The position numbers were made by a program, and so were the translations under genes. The notes under the pieces were generated by a model. It was not told where the DNA came from and ran no database searches. It saw nothing but the letters and a program-made list of their open reading frames with translations. DNA of 19,636 nt, taken from assembly GCA_038886995.1 (NCBI GenBank), contig JAWALG010000021.1:1-19636 (forward strand). Direction: 5' to 3'. Below, piece after piece: positions 7,391 to 16,545 of the stretch (positions within the stretch are counted from its first letter, which is position 1; each line of letters starts with the position of its first letter). The DNA comes from Candidatus Iainarchaeum sp. (GTDB lineage Archaea; Iainarchaeota; Iainarchaeia; Iainarchaeales; DTGL01).

Positions 7391-8125
7391 ATGCTTGCAG
7401 ATATTCATTGCCATCTTGACGAATTCCAAAACCCAGAAGAACAGATAAGAAAAGCCAAGAAAACAGGGGTTTTTTTAATACTCTCTAATTCTGTCGACCT
7501 CAAAAGCATGCAAAAGAACTTGGCTATCTCAAAAAAATTTGATATTGTGAGATGTGCCTTAGGCATACACCCAAATGAAATAAATAAAATGGCTCAAAAG
7601 GATATAGATTCTGCTTTTGCCTTTGTCGAGGAAAATATTGCAAGTTGCTCAGCGATAGGTGAAACAGGGCTTGATTTTAAGTATGCTGATGAGCAACAAA
7701 AAAGCAAGCAGGTGCTTGCATTAAAAAGGCATATTGAAATAGCTAATTCCGCGGATATGGCAATACTTGTTCATTCCCGCATGGCTCGTGAGGAGTGCCT
7801 TGAAATGCTTGAGAAGAATGACGCAAAAAAGGTCGTGCTTCACTGGTTTGTTTCTGGAGAGAAGCTACTTGAAAAAGCACTTTCGCTGGGCTATTATATC
7901 TCAATAGGCCCAAGCGTACTCTTTGAGAAGCATGTCCAAGAATTTGCAAAGCTTGTGCCTCCGCAAAACATGCTTTTTGAGACAGATGCGCCTGTAGAAT
8001 ACAACGGAAAGAGAGCTGAGCCAGCTTGGGTAAAAGAAGTTTCAAAAAAGGTAGCGGAAATAAAAAGCATTGAACATGAAAAACTTTGTAATACAGTTGA
8101 AAAAAATTTGAAAGCATTATTTTAG
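7391..8125 (+). CDS. tatD: TatD-family DNase
   Basis: DIHCHLD, GIHP, IGETGLD, VHSR, LHWF, ETDAP metal-ligand motifs; true start ATG 7391. Confidence 0.93.
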   Translation: MLADIHCHLDEFQNPEEQIRKAKKTGVFLILSNSVDLKSMQKNLAISKKFDIVRCALGIHPNEINKMAQKDIDSAFAFVEENIASCSAIGETGLDFKYADEQQKSKQVLALKRHIEIANSADMAILVHSRMAREECLEMLEKNDAKKVVLHWFVSGEKLLEKALSLGYYISIGPSVLFEKHVQEFAKLVPPQNMLFETDAPVEYNGKRAEPAWVKEVSKKVAEIKSIEHEKLCNTVEKNLKALF

Positions 8126-8140
8126 CCAGGCAAGCTTCTG

Positions 8141-8154
8141 CAAAACTTTATATA
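8141..8154 (+). promoter_or_regulatory. BRE/TATA promoter of the P-type ATPase operon
   Basis: CAAAAC followed by TTTATATA (8147-8154), about 24 nt before ATG 8178. Confidence 0.6.
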
Positions 8155-8177
8155 TGCTTTTTATCTACTATTTTGGC

Positions 8178-10880
8178 ATGGACTGGCATGCTATTAGTGC
8201 TGATGAAGTGCTAAAAGCTCTAGGCACTTCTACCAAAGGGCTTGATGAAAAGGAAGCAGAAAAACGCCTTGGCCAGTATGGCAAAAATACTATAGAAGCA
8301 GAGCTTAAGATAAGCCCACTGAAGATATTTCTTAGGCAGTTCACAGATTATTTGATTTTAATCCTCATTGCTGCAGCAGTGATTTCATTCTTGATGAGCC
8401 AACTTCCGGGGGGCGAAGGGCATGAGATCGACGCAATTCTAATTGTAATAATACTTATAGCAAATGCTGTCATTGGCTTCTTTCAGGAATACAAAGCTGA
8501 AAAAAGCATACTTGCACTTAAGAAGCTTGCAGCTCCAAATGCTGTGGTCTTACGCGATGGCTCTGAAAGGATTCTTCCTGCTGAGCTACTTGTGCCTGGG
8601 GATATTGTATTTTTAGAAGCGGGAGCAAAAGTACCTGCGGATGCAAGAATCATTGAGCAAGCAAATCTTCAAGCAGATGAGTCAATGCTCACTGGAGAAA
8701 GCGTGCCTGTTTCAAAAAGCGAGAAAGTAATTCCCAAGGAAACTGTGCTGGCCGAAAGAACAAATATGCTCTACATGAACACGTTCATAACCAGTGGCCG
8801 GGCAAGTGCTGTTGTTGTTGCAACTGGAAAGAACACAGAAATTGGCAAGATAGCAAAGATGCTCTCTGAAGTAAAAGAAAGACCAACCCCATTCCAAATG
8901 GAGGTTGATAGGCTTGGAAAAACAATAGGCATTGGCGTTATTGCAATAATTGCTTTTGTAGCTGTTTTGCAGCTCGCAGTAATAAATGATACGCCTTTTG
9001 AAATCTTCTTAAGGTCTGTATCCCTTGCAGTGGCTGCTGTCCCAGAAGGGCTGCCAGTAGTTGTAAGTGTTGTTCTTACCTTAGGCATAAGAAAAATGGC
9101 TAAGAAAAGGGCACTTGCCAGAAAACTACCGGTTGCAGAAAGCTTGGGTTCAGTGAACGTAATATGCACTGACAAAACAGGCACCCTTACTGAAAACAGA
9201 ATGACTGTGAAAAAAATTTACTTCAATGGCAATACTTATGATGTTACTGGTGCTGGCTACGATGAAAAAGGCGGCTACTACATTGGGGCTAGAGCAGTGG
9301 ATAGCAAAGAACTTGCGCCCTTGCTAGTTTGCGGCGTACTTTGCAACGATGCTAAGGAGCACAACAACGGCGATAAAAAAGAATATTTTGGTGATCCCAC
9401 TGAGATAGCGCTGCTGATTTCAGCAAAAAAAGCGGGCATAAGCCCTGAAGAAGAACGCTCACAGAACATCCGTGTTTATGAGGTACCATTCACAAGCGAC
9501 AGGAAGATGATGAGTGTTGTATGCAAACGAAATGGTGAAATGAGAGTTTACTCAAAAGGTGCGCCAGAGATCCTGGTTGAGCATTGCAGCCATGCGCTTA
9601 TAAATGGAAAAGAAATAAAGATGAGCCAAGGGTTAAAAGAAGAGATACTAAAAGCAAATAAAGAAATGGCCAGCAATGCTTTGAGAGTGCTTGCATTTGC
9701 AACGAAGAAAATTAGCACTATTGAAACTGATGAGAAGAGCATTGAAAAAAATCTTGTGTTTGTGGGGCTGCAAGGAATGATAGATCCGCCAAGGGCTGGA
9801 GTTAAAGAAGCACTCGAAGATTGCAGAAAGGCCGGCATAAAGGTAATCATGGTTACCGGCGATAATCTTGACACAGCACTTGCCATAGGAAAAGAACTCG
9901 GTTTTAATACTGAAAACGCGCTCGGCAGCAGAGAACTCGAAAGTCTCAGCGATGAAGAGTTAAAAAATAGAATTGATTCGGTTGAAATCTTTGCAAGGGT
10001 TACACCAATACAAAAGGTAAAAATAGTGGACGCTCTACACGCAAAAAATAATGTTGTTGCAATGACTGGTGATGGGGCAAATGACGCCTTGGCTTTAAAA
10101 AAAGCAGATGTTGGCATTGCGATGGGCATCCGCGGCACAGATGTTGCAAAGGAAGTTAGCGACCTCGTGCTATTAGATGACAATTTTGTTACTATTAGAG
10201 ATGCAGTGGAAGAAGGCCGAGCCATATTCGATAATATAAGAAAGTTTGTCAACTACATGCTATCTGCAAACTTGGGTGAAGTGCTTATAGTTTTCTTTTT
10301 TACAATTCTACAACTTTTTTTCAGTTTCGGAGAGAATGTTGCTATACTCACCGCAGCTCAATTGCTATGGATAAATATGCTGACTGACAGCATGCCAGCA
10401 ATTGCTTTAGGACTTGACCCTGCTGCACAAGACATAATGGGCAGAAAGCCGAGGAAAGCCACCGAAGGCGTTATAAATAAAAGGATGCTTTTTTCTATTG
10501 CCAGCATAGGCATTCTAATGGCTGTAGTAGTATTGGGGGTTTTCATGTATGTTTTCTTATCTTCACCAGACAAACAAAATCGTTTTTTGGTTGCACAAAC
10601 AATTGCATTTACAAGCATAGTTGTTTTCGAATTGGTGCGTGCAAATGCTGTTAGGGTCAGCTATAGAATAAATATATTCACAAACAAATGGCTTTGGACT
10701 TCATTGGCAATTGCTATGGTTTTGCAGCTTGCCATATTGTACACACCTCTTAATGCAATCTTCAAAATAGTTCCATTGTCGATATATGATTGGCTTATTG
10801 TTACTACAGCTGCTGCCATATTCGCAGCAATGATGCTTATAGTAACTAAGCTAGAAAAATTAATTTTTTTGGGTGATTGA
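8178..10880 (+). CDS. P-type ATPase, P2A (SERCA-like Ca2+-transporting)
   Basis: TGES, VPEGLP, DKTGTLT, KGAPE, DPPR, TGD, GDGAND motifs; M5 NLGE and M6 WINMLTD; start placed at ATG 8178 (MDWHA). Confidence 0.95.
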   Translation: MDWHAISADEVLKALGTSTKGLDEKEAEKRLGQYGKNTIEAELKISPLKIFLRQFTDYLILILIAAAVISFLMSQLPGGEGHEIDAILIVIILIANAVIGFFQEYKAEKSILALKKLAAPNAVVLRDGSERILPAELLVPGDIVFLEAGAKVPADARIIEQANLQADESMLTGESVPVSKSEKVIPKETVLAERTNMLYMNTFITSGRASAVVVATGKNTEIGKIAKMLSEVKERPTPFQMEVDRLGKTIGIGVIAIIAFVAVLQLAVINDTPFEIFLRSVSLAVAAVPEGLPVVVSVVLTLGIRKMAKKRALARKLPVAESLGSVNVICTDKTGTLTENRMTVKKIYFNGNTYDVTGAGYDEKGGYYIGARAVDSKELAPLLVCGVLCNDAKEHNNGDKKEYFGDPTEIALLISAKKAGISPEEERSQNIRVYEVPFTSDRKMMSVVCKRNGEMRVYSKGAPEILVEHCSHALINGKEIKMSQGLKEEILKANKEMASNALRVLAFATKKISTIETDEKSIEKNLVFVGLQGMIDPPRAGVKEALEDCRKAGIKVIMVTGDNLDTALAIGKELGFNTENALGSRELESLSDEELKNRIDSVEIFARVTPIQKVKIVDALHAKNNVVAMTGDGANDALALKKADVGIAMGIRGTDVAKEVSDLVLLDDNFVTIRDAVEEGRAIFDNIRKFVNYMLSANLGEVLIVFFFTILQLFFSFGENVAILTAAQLLWINMLTDSMPAIALGLDPAAQDIMGRKPRKATEGVINKRMLFSIASIGILMAVVVLGVFMYVFLSSPDKQNRFLVAQTIAFTSIVVFELVRANAVRVSYRINIFTNKWLWTSLAIAMVLQLAILYTPLNAIFKIVPLSIYDWLIVTTAAAIFAAMMLIVTKLEKLIFLGD

Positions 10881-10881
10881 T

Positions 10882-11361
10882 TTGGACTTTTTTGAAGTTG
10901 TAGATAAAAGGTTTTCAGCTAGAAAATATCTTAAGAAAGATGTGGAAAAGCGCCTAATAGATATGGTTATAGAAACCTCAAAGAAGGCACCAAGCGCTGG
11001 AAACTTAAAAGCATACAAGATACTCGTAGTTACCAAGCAAAGGACCAAAGAAGAAATTTCAAAGGCTGCTTACAATCAAAGTTTTGTCTCTGAAGCGCCT
11101 GCGTTGCTCATATTCTGCGCATTGCCAAGCAAAAGCGCTAGCGTTTATGGTAAAAGGGGCGCTGAGCTTTATAGCATACAAGATGCAACTATTGCTGCAA
11201 GCTACGCGCAGTTGGCAGCCACAGCACTTGGCTTAGCCACTTGTTGGGTTGGTGCATTCAATGAAGATAGAGTTAAAGAGATTCTAGGACTGCGTGATGA
11301 TAAACCTATTGCAATAATGCCACTTGGCTTTGCTGATGAAAAAAGATTGAAAAAAAAGTGA
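10882..11361 (+). CDS. Nitroreductase-family flavoprotein
   Basis: KRFSARKY, APSAGNL, LAATALGLATCWVGAF motifs; TTG start 10882 with GGTGA SD (10872-10876), coupled to the ATPase stop. Confidence 0.92.
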   Translation: MDFFEVVDKRFSARKYLKKDVEKRLIDMVIETSKKAPSAGNLKAYKILVVTKQRTKEEISKAAYNQSFVSEAPALLIFCALPSKSASVYGKRGAELYSIQDATIAASYAQLAATALGLATCWVGAFNEDRVKEILGLRDDKPIAIMPLGFADEKRLKKK

Positions 11362-11400
11362 AATAAAAAAGTTAAAAAAAATTTAATAAAAAAAGTCAAA
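11362..11400 (-). terminator. U-rich archaeal terminator region downstream of the micro-ORF
   Basis: The minus strand reads TTTGACTTTTTTTATTAAATTTTTTTTAACTTTTTTATTT directly after the TAA at 11402-11404. Confidence 0.55.
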
Positions 11401-11401
11401 C

Positions 11402-11440
11402 TTACTTCTTCTTTTTTGCTTTCTTTTTTGCTGCCACCAC
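11402..11440 (-). CDS. Putative Lys-rich micro-peptide M(V)AAKKKAKKKK (11-12 aa)
   Basis: GTG GTG GCA GCA AAA AAG AAA GCA AAA AAG AAG AAG TAA, preceded by tandem SD motifs GGAGGT (11451-11456) and GGGGGTGA (11442-11449); TATA-like TTAAATA at 11488-11494; U-tracts after the stop. Confidence 0.65.
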   Translation of the reverse strand: MVAAKKKAKKKK

Positions 11441-11563
11441 TTCACCCCCTACCTCCTTCAGATTTGGTAATAAGATGTATGAACAACTATTTAATTGTTT
11501 TGGTAATATGCGGCAAGTTAACGAAAGAAAAATCTATGAAGAACTTTTCATATGTAAACTTTT

Positions 11564-12709
11564 TCACTCAGCTCTAAGTGCTTCAATAGGGTCAAAGTTG
11601 CTTGCTTTCCAAGCTGGATAGAGACCTGCGATAAGACCAATTGCTACTGCAAACAGAAATGCTTCGACAGCAAGCTCAGGTGATAGATACAATCTTACAG
11701 GTATTTTACCTCTCATGAAATCAGAAAGCATTACACCAAAGGTAAGACCAAAAATTCCGCCAAGAATCCCAATTATAATGGACTCGTAAAGTATCATCTT
11801 CACTATTGTGCTTTTAGTCCATCCTGAAGCTTTTAGAATACCTATCTCTTTGTAGCGTTCCATAACGCTCATGAGCATTGTATTTAGTATTCCAACAGCC
11901 GCAACTAATGATGCTATTGAGGCTACGGCCATAACAAGAAGCCTTATATTACCCAAAACATCAGATAGTGACTCAGTAAATTGACTTGAGCTCACAACTC
12001 GGTAATTATCACCAAGCTTGAATTTTATGAGTTTTGCCATCTTTTCTGACTCCTCAGGGTTCTCGAGCTCAACGCTTATCTGTGTTACTTTGTTTTTTGG
12101 AAAACCAATAAGGTCGCGCAAATCATCTATGTCCATCAATACACCGTAGTTGAAAAGCTTCGAGCCCGTCCGATAAATACCTACAACGACAAACTGCCTG
12201 TCATTTATCTTTATTTTATTTCCAACAAATTTTCGGTAATCTTCAGATATGCCTTCACCTATAACAACGCTTCCTTTTTCGCCAGGGTTTAGATTCCTGC
12301 CCTTAAGAATCTCACCACTTACACCACCAACAGTCTGACCGGTTTTTTCAAAAACAGTGCCAAAAAGCCGTATCGTGGAAGTCATGCTCATAGAACCAAG
12401 AGGTGTTTCTTTGCCGTCTATGCCTCTTGTGATTGCGGTTACAACTGGTGTTGCCCTTTTTATGCCAGGCATCCTTCTGAGCTCATAAACAATTTTTTCA
12501 TCAGTTCTTGCGTACAAAGGACCATAAGCGCTTCTTTCGAAAACTATTATTCCCTGAACCTGTGAAACCGTGTTTTTTATTTCGAGAAAAAGGCCATCTG
12601 CTAAAGCAGTCATCAGAATTATTGCCAGAACACCAACAGCTATCATACTTACTGACAAAAATGTGCGGAACTTTTTTCTCTGCAGGTTCATGAGCGCTGT
12701 TTTGAGCAT
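11564..12709 (-). CDS. ABC transporter permease, MacB/FtsX (type VII) family
   Basis: NLQRKKFRTFLS, large extracytoplasmic loop, GILNTMLMSVMERYKEIGILKASG, LYPAWKASNFDPIEALR. Confidence 0.93.
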   Translation of the reverse strand: MLKTALMNLQRKKFRTFLSVSMIAVGVLAIILMTALADGLFLEIKNTVSQVQGIIVFERSAYGPLYARTDEKIVYELRRMPGIKRATPVVTAITRGIDGKETPLGSMSMTSTIRLFGTVFEKTGQTVGGVSGEILKGRNLNPGEKGSVVIGEGISEDYRKFVGNKIKINDRQFVVVGIYRTGSKLFNYGVLMDIDDLRDLIGFPKNKVTQISVELENPEESEKMAKLIKFKLGDNYRVVSSSQFTESLSDVLGNIRLLVMAVASIASLVAAVGILNTMLMSVMERYKEIGILKASGWTKSTIVKMILYESIIIGILGGIFGLTFGVMLSDFMRGKIPVRLYLSPELAVEAFLFAVAIGLIAGLYPAWKASNFDPIEALRAE

Positions 12710-13402
12710 CTATCTTTCCTCCACTCTATCAATGAGGCCGTCCTTTATGTAAAGAATCCTATTGCCATACTTTATAAGCGACAAGTCATGAGTTACTATT
12801 ATGAAGGTTTTATTTTTTTCTTTATTCATCTTTTGCAAGGTATCCATTATTTGCATGCTTGTCTTGCTGTCAAGGTTGCCTGTTGGCTCATCAGCCAATA
12901 CAATCTTCGGGTCGTTTATTAGCGCTCTTGCAATTGCAACCCTTTGGCATTCACCGCCACTCAGCTCTGTTGGTTTATGGAACATTCTATGCTCAATGCC
13001 TACAAGCTTTAGCAATTCCTTTGCCCTTTTGATCTTCTCAACATCATCAATCTTTATTGGCTCAAGAGGGAGCATAACATTTTCCAATGCATTTAGAGTT
13101 GGTATGAGATGGAAGGACTGGAAAACAAAGCCAATGAATTTCCTTCTCAGCAAAGCTAAGCCCCAATCATCTAGCATCTGAAGGTCCTTGCCATTTATGA
13201 AAACTTTGCCTGAGCTCGGCTTATCAAGTGCGCCCATTAGGTGAAGCATTGTGCTTTTTCCTGAGCCACTAGGGCCTATTATTACCACAAAGTCACCTTC
13301 GTAAACATCAAGAGTCACGCCACAAAGCGCCTTTACTTTTACCTTGCCCATTGAATATTCTTTACAAACATCTTTCATTTCAATTATCTTCTTCTTAGGC
13401 AC
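12710..13402 (-). CDS. ABC transporter ATP-binding protein, LolD/MacB-like
   Basis: GPSGSGKST, LSGGECQR, LADEPTGNLD, VTHD; likely GTG start at 13402 with GGAGG SD (13412-13416). Confidence 0.95.
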   Translation of the reverse strand: MPKKKIIEMKDVCKEYSMGKVKVKALCGVTLDVYEGDFVVIIGPSGSGKSTMLHLMGALDKPSSGKVFINGKDLQMLDDWGLALLRRKFIGFVFQSFHLIPTLNALENVMLPLEPIKIDDVEKIKRAKELLKLVGIEHRMFHKPTELSGGECQRVAIARALINDPKIVLADEPTGNLDSKTSMQIMDTLQKMNKEKNKTFIIVTHDLSLIKYGNRILYIKDGLIDRVEER

Positions 13403-14537
13403 CGCGCATCGCCTCCACAGGATCAAGTTTTGCAGCCCTATATGCTGGATAAACGCCAGCAATTATGCCAACAAAGAAAGCAAAAAGAACTGCCTGAGCA
13501 ACAGAGCTCGCAGTTACCAGCGTTGGTATTCCAAGGTAAGTGTTTATGTAATAAGCAATGGTGATACCAATAAATATACCGAATATACCACCGAGAAGTC
13601 CCATAAATGCTGATTCAAATAGGATCAATTTCATTATGCTCCAGCTTGTCCAGCCGGAAGCCTTTAAAGTGCCTATTTCTTTGTAACGTTCCATGACACT
13701 CATAAGTATTGTATTTATTATGCCCATTGCAGCAACAAAAGCAGATATTGCTGCAATTGCAAATGCAACTATGTTAAAATTTCCAAGCATGTTTGATACA
13801 GTATCGGAAAAATCGCTTGTGCTCATTGCCTCAACCTGTGATCCATACAAGAAGTTTATGCGCTGTGCAACCTTTTTGTCTTCCTTTGGGTCTTCAAGCT
13901 CAACATAGAATGTATTAACTTTGTCGTTGCTTATGCCAGCAAGCTCCCGCGCTGCGTCTATGTCCATCACTATTATATTTCCATAAAGTTCTGATTCTGT
14001 CTTTAAGATGCCCTTTACCTTGAATTGTTTACCATCAACCCTTATATTTGAGCCAACAAACTTTTTCCTGTCATCAGCTATGCTCTTGCCTAATAAAACA
14101 TAACCTCTGTCATTGCTGCTTAACATTTCACCCTGTTCCAACTCACCAATCCAGCCAGATCCGCGGAGCTTTTTATACTGAGCTGGGTCAACACCATAAA
14201 CAAAAACAAAGGAAGACATAGATGAAAATCTTAGCAGCTGATTGTCAATGGATTTTGGTGTTGCCCAAATTTCTGGTACCACAACCCTTACGCCTTGTAC
14301 ATTGGAAAGTTTTTGGCCTAAGGATTCATCAAGCCTTGAGAACGGCTGGTCTGCAACGCCCTTTTGCATTACCATTACACCTTGAAAGGAACCAAAAACA
14401 GAGGTCATCTCATTGTATATGCCATCAATAACAGCAGTCAAAGTTATCAGTGCTGCTATTCCTATAACAATGCCCAATACCGCTAAGAAAGTCCTAGTTT
14501 TTCGCCTGAAAAGGTTAAAGAAAGCAAGTTTTATCAT
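13395..14537 (-). CDS. ABC transporter permease, MacB/FtsX family (paralog of 11564-12709)
   Basis: NLFRRKTRTFL, GIINTILMSVMERYKEIGTLKASGW, YPAYRAAKLDPVEAMR. Confidence 0.93.
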   Translation of the reverse strand: MIKLAFFNLFRRKTRTFLAVLGIVIGIAALITLTAVIDGIYNEMTSVFGSFQGVMVMQKGVADQPFSRLDESLGQKLSNVQGVRVVVPEIWATPKSIDNQLLRFSSMSSFVFVYGVDPAQYKKLRGSGWIGELEQGEMLSSNDRGYVLLGKSIADDRKKFVGSNIRVDGKQFKVKGILKTESELYGNIIVMDIDAARELAGISNDKVNTFYVELEDPKEDKKVAQRINFLYGSQVEAMSTSDFSDTVSNMLGNFNIVAFAIAAISAFVAAMGIINTILMSVMERYKEIGTLKASGWTSWSIMKLILFESAFMGLLGGIFGIFIGITIAYYINTYLGIPTLVTASSVAQAVLFAFFVGIIAGVYPAYRAAKLDPVEAMRGA

Positions 14538-14555
14538 CTTCTATCATCGGCCAAA

Positions 14556-15785
14556 CTAAAGCTTCCTTAAAGCGAGCTGCCTTATCACCAGCTTAATTAT
14601 GATGTAGATAAGCACCAGAATAATGATTATGAACACATAGTGCATGTATGGACTTGGCTCCGGAGCTGGGTTTACATAAACAGAATAAGAAGTGGTAAGC
14701 TTCTGCTCCTTTTGCATCTCGTCAAGGTATGTTATTGTTATCTTTATGTCATGATATCCAATGCTGGCGTTTTGATCAACGCTCAAATCAAAAATAGCAG
14801 ACCCAGAATCTTCACTTTTTATTTCGCCAATATATGCGCTCTTTGATCCAACAAGGGAAGAATCGTTTTCTATGTGCACTGTAACCTTCTTTGCGCTCTC
14901 CTTACCGAGGTTATCAAGCTGCACAGCAAGCGATATAGAATCGCCTTGCATTATTTTCTTATCATCCCTGCCAGAAATAGAGTAATCTATGCCTGAGATT
15001 ATAAGCTCAGGCCTACCATACAGATGTATGGAAAAAAGTTGTGTCTTTGTTTCACATTCCCTGCAGCTGGCACTAAGCTTAAAGGCGTAGGTGCCCGGAA
15101 CTGCGGCTTCGCTTGCAGTTATTTCAAATGACACCTTCTTTGAGCCGCCAACGCCAATGTTGCCGAGTTCTTGCCTCATATCTGATTGGAGTATAAAGCC
15201 AGGAAGTGTATTTGTGCCAACAAGCGAGAGCTCAGCAAATACATTTCTTGCTTCTAATGAGCCTGTGTTGGCAACTTCTGCGCTTATAACAATTTTTTCC
15301 CCTATGTGCGGGAAATAATTAGAAGATCTCACATCAGAAATAGAAATTTCATATATGTCAGATATTAAAATGGTCGTATATCTATTGTCGTTTATATCGA
15401 TAATGCCATTTTTGTATTTCATAAAAAGTGTTAGCGTATAAGTTCCGGAAGGCAAATCCCTTGGTGTATCAAAAACAAATACAACCGTCTTTTTCTCCTT
15501 TGGCTTTATAGCGTCAACTATCTGCTCAGTTGGGCCTCTCCTAAACTGTGCGGGAAACAAAAGCTGCAGATTTATATCCTCTGCTGTTGTGTATAGCCCT
15601 AAATTTTCCAATGTTATTGCAAGGTTTATAGAATTGCCTGGGTATGCTACTGTTGGCTTTTGCAAAGTAGAATCAATTCTTAGGAGATAGTAGGGGTCTG
15701 CTTTTTGCGAAACTACTGAGGGGAGAAGAAATATTAAAACCGCTAGAGATAAAAAAATGTAACTATGCTTATAGCTGCGTACCAT
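14556..15785 (-). CDS. COG1361-type S-layer-domain / Ig-like surface protein associated with the ABC transporter
   Basis: Signal-like N-terminus from ATG 15785; three similar beta-rich units (PG..I.L.ITLENLG; GEKIVISAEVANTG; GDSISLAVQLDNLG); C-terminal TM anchor with basic tail. Confidence 0.8.
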   Translation of the reverse strand: MVRSYKHSYIFLSLAVLIFLLPSVVSQKADPYYLLRIDSTLQKPTVAYPGNSINLAITLENLGLYTTAEDINLQLLFPAQFRRGPTEQIVDAIKPKEKKTVVFVFDTPRDLPSGTYTLTLFMKYKNGIIDINDNRYTTILISDIYEISISDVRSSNYFPHIGEKIVISAEVANTGSLEARNVFAELSLVGTNTLPGFILQSDMRQELGNIGVGGSKKVSFEITASEAAVPGTYAFKLSASCRECETKTQLFSIHLYGRPELIISGIDYSISGRDDKKIMQGDSISLAVQLDNLGKESAKKVTVHIENDSSLVGSKSAYIGEIKSEDSGSAIFDLSVDQNASIGYHDIKITITYLDEMQKEQKLTTSYSVYVNPAPEPSPYMHYVFIIIILVLIYIIIKLVIRQLALRKL

Positions 15786-15825
15786 AACAATCACATTTAA
15801 TTTTAACAAGGGTATTATTTTAAAC

Positions 15826-15842
15826 ATATCGGAATCCGATAT
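15826..15842. promoter_or_regulatory. Palindromic operator, probable PadR binding site
   Basis: ATATCGGA-A-TCCGATAT, a perfect 8-bp inverted repeat between TATA (TTTTAAAC 15818-15825) and padR ATG 15847, in the 61-bp divergent region. Confidence 0.75.
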
Positions 15843-15846
15843 AATT

Positions 15847-16365
15847 ATGCCACAAGGCGATGCAAAACTGATTAAGATGCTTTTCAAAGGACATCTGAAG
15901 TACCTTGTACTAAAAGCCCTTAAGGATAATGATCTCCACGGTTATGCTTTGGATAATGCTTGCTTTGAGCTAACAAACCGTATGTGGAAGCCTTCTTTTG
16001 GTTCATTGTATCCAGTGCTTGCAAAACTTGAAAAAAGTGGGCTTATAAAGAGCTCAGCAGAAAAAAAGGGGCGAAAGATAAAGAAATACTCCATAACTCC
16101 AAAAGGAAAAAAAGAGCTTGAACGCATAGAAAAAAGCATGGATTGCCTAAAACAGCTCGTAAAGGTTAAAGAAAAAACGAGAGAAAGCATACTGGAAGGC
16201 CTATCCAAGGTGGCTTGCGAAGAGCTTCAAAAGCTACAAAAAACAATCCTAAAAATTTCCATATTGGCGAATGAGGGGAAACTCAATAGACAACAAATAA
16301 TGGAAATTCGTGCTGAAATGAACGGATTTAATGATAGGATAAAGGAAATAGCAAACATAAGGTGA
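15847..16365 (+). CDS. PadR-family transcriptional regulator
   Basis: KGHLKYLVLKAL....HGYAL....WKPSFGSLYPVLAKLEKSGLI....KKYSITPKGKKEL; helical C-terminus. Confidence 0.93.
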   Translation: MPQGDAKLIKMLFKGHLKYLVLKALKDNDLHGYALDNACFELTNRMWKPSFGSLYPVLAKLEKSGLIKSSAEKKGRKIKKYSITPKGKKELERIEKSMDCLKQLVKVKEKTRESILEGLSKVACEELQKLQKTILKISILANEGKLNRQQIMEIRAEMNGFNDRIKEIANIR

Positions 16366-16442
16366 TTTTGTCGCTTTGGGGCAATGCATTTTATAATTTA
16401 GTTTTTATATACTATTTTAATAATCATACTAACATGTACCAT

Positions 16443-16526
16443 GCACGGGTGTCCGAGTGGCCAAAGGAGCAGGGCTTAGGACCCTGCGGCTTAGTGCCTT
16501 CCCAGGTTCGAATCCTGGCCCGTGCA
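16443..16526 (+). tRNA. tRNA-Leu (anticodon TAG), intronless, CCA not encoded
   Basis: Acceptor GCACGGG/CCCGTGC + discriminator A; anticodon arm CAGGG-CTTAGGA-CCCTG; long variable arm GGC-TTAGT-GCC; T arm CCAGG-TTCGAAT-CCTGG. Confidence 0.97.
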
Positions 16527-16545
16527 ATAAGCCAAAGAGTCAACT

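Noticed and set aside
9548-10252. 234-aa antisense ORF and other short overlapping ORFs in the track (e.g. 8771-9184, 3302-3658, 12801-13181, 7743-8117)
   Set aside because: Shadow frames of well-supported genes on the opposite strand, with no motifs or independent expression signals.
14229-14238. 10-nt match (TCTTAGCAGC) to the unpaired strand of the ncRNA candidate, antisense to the permease mRNA
   Set aside because: A 10-mer match is readily expected by chance in a window of this size.
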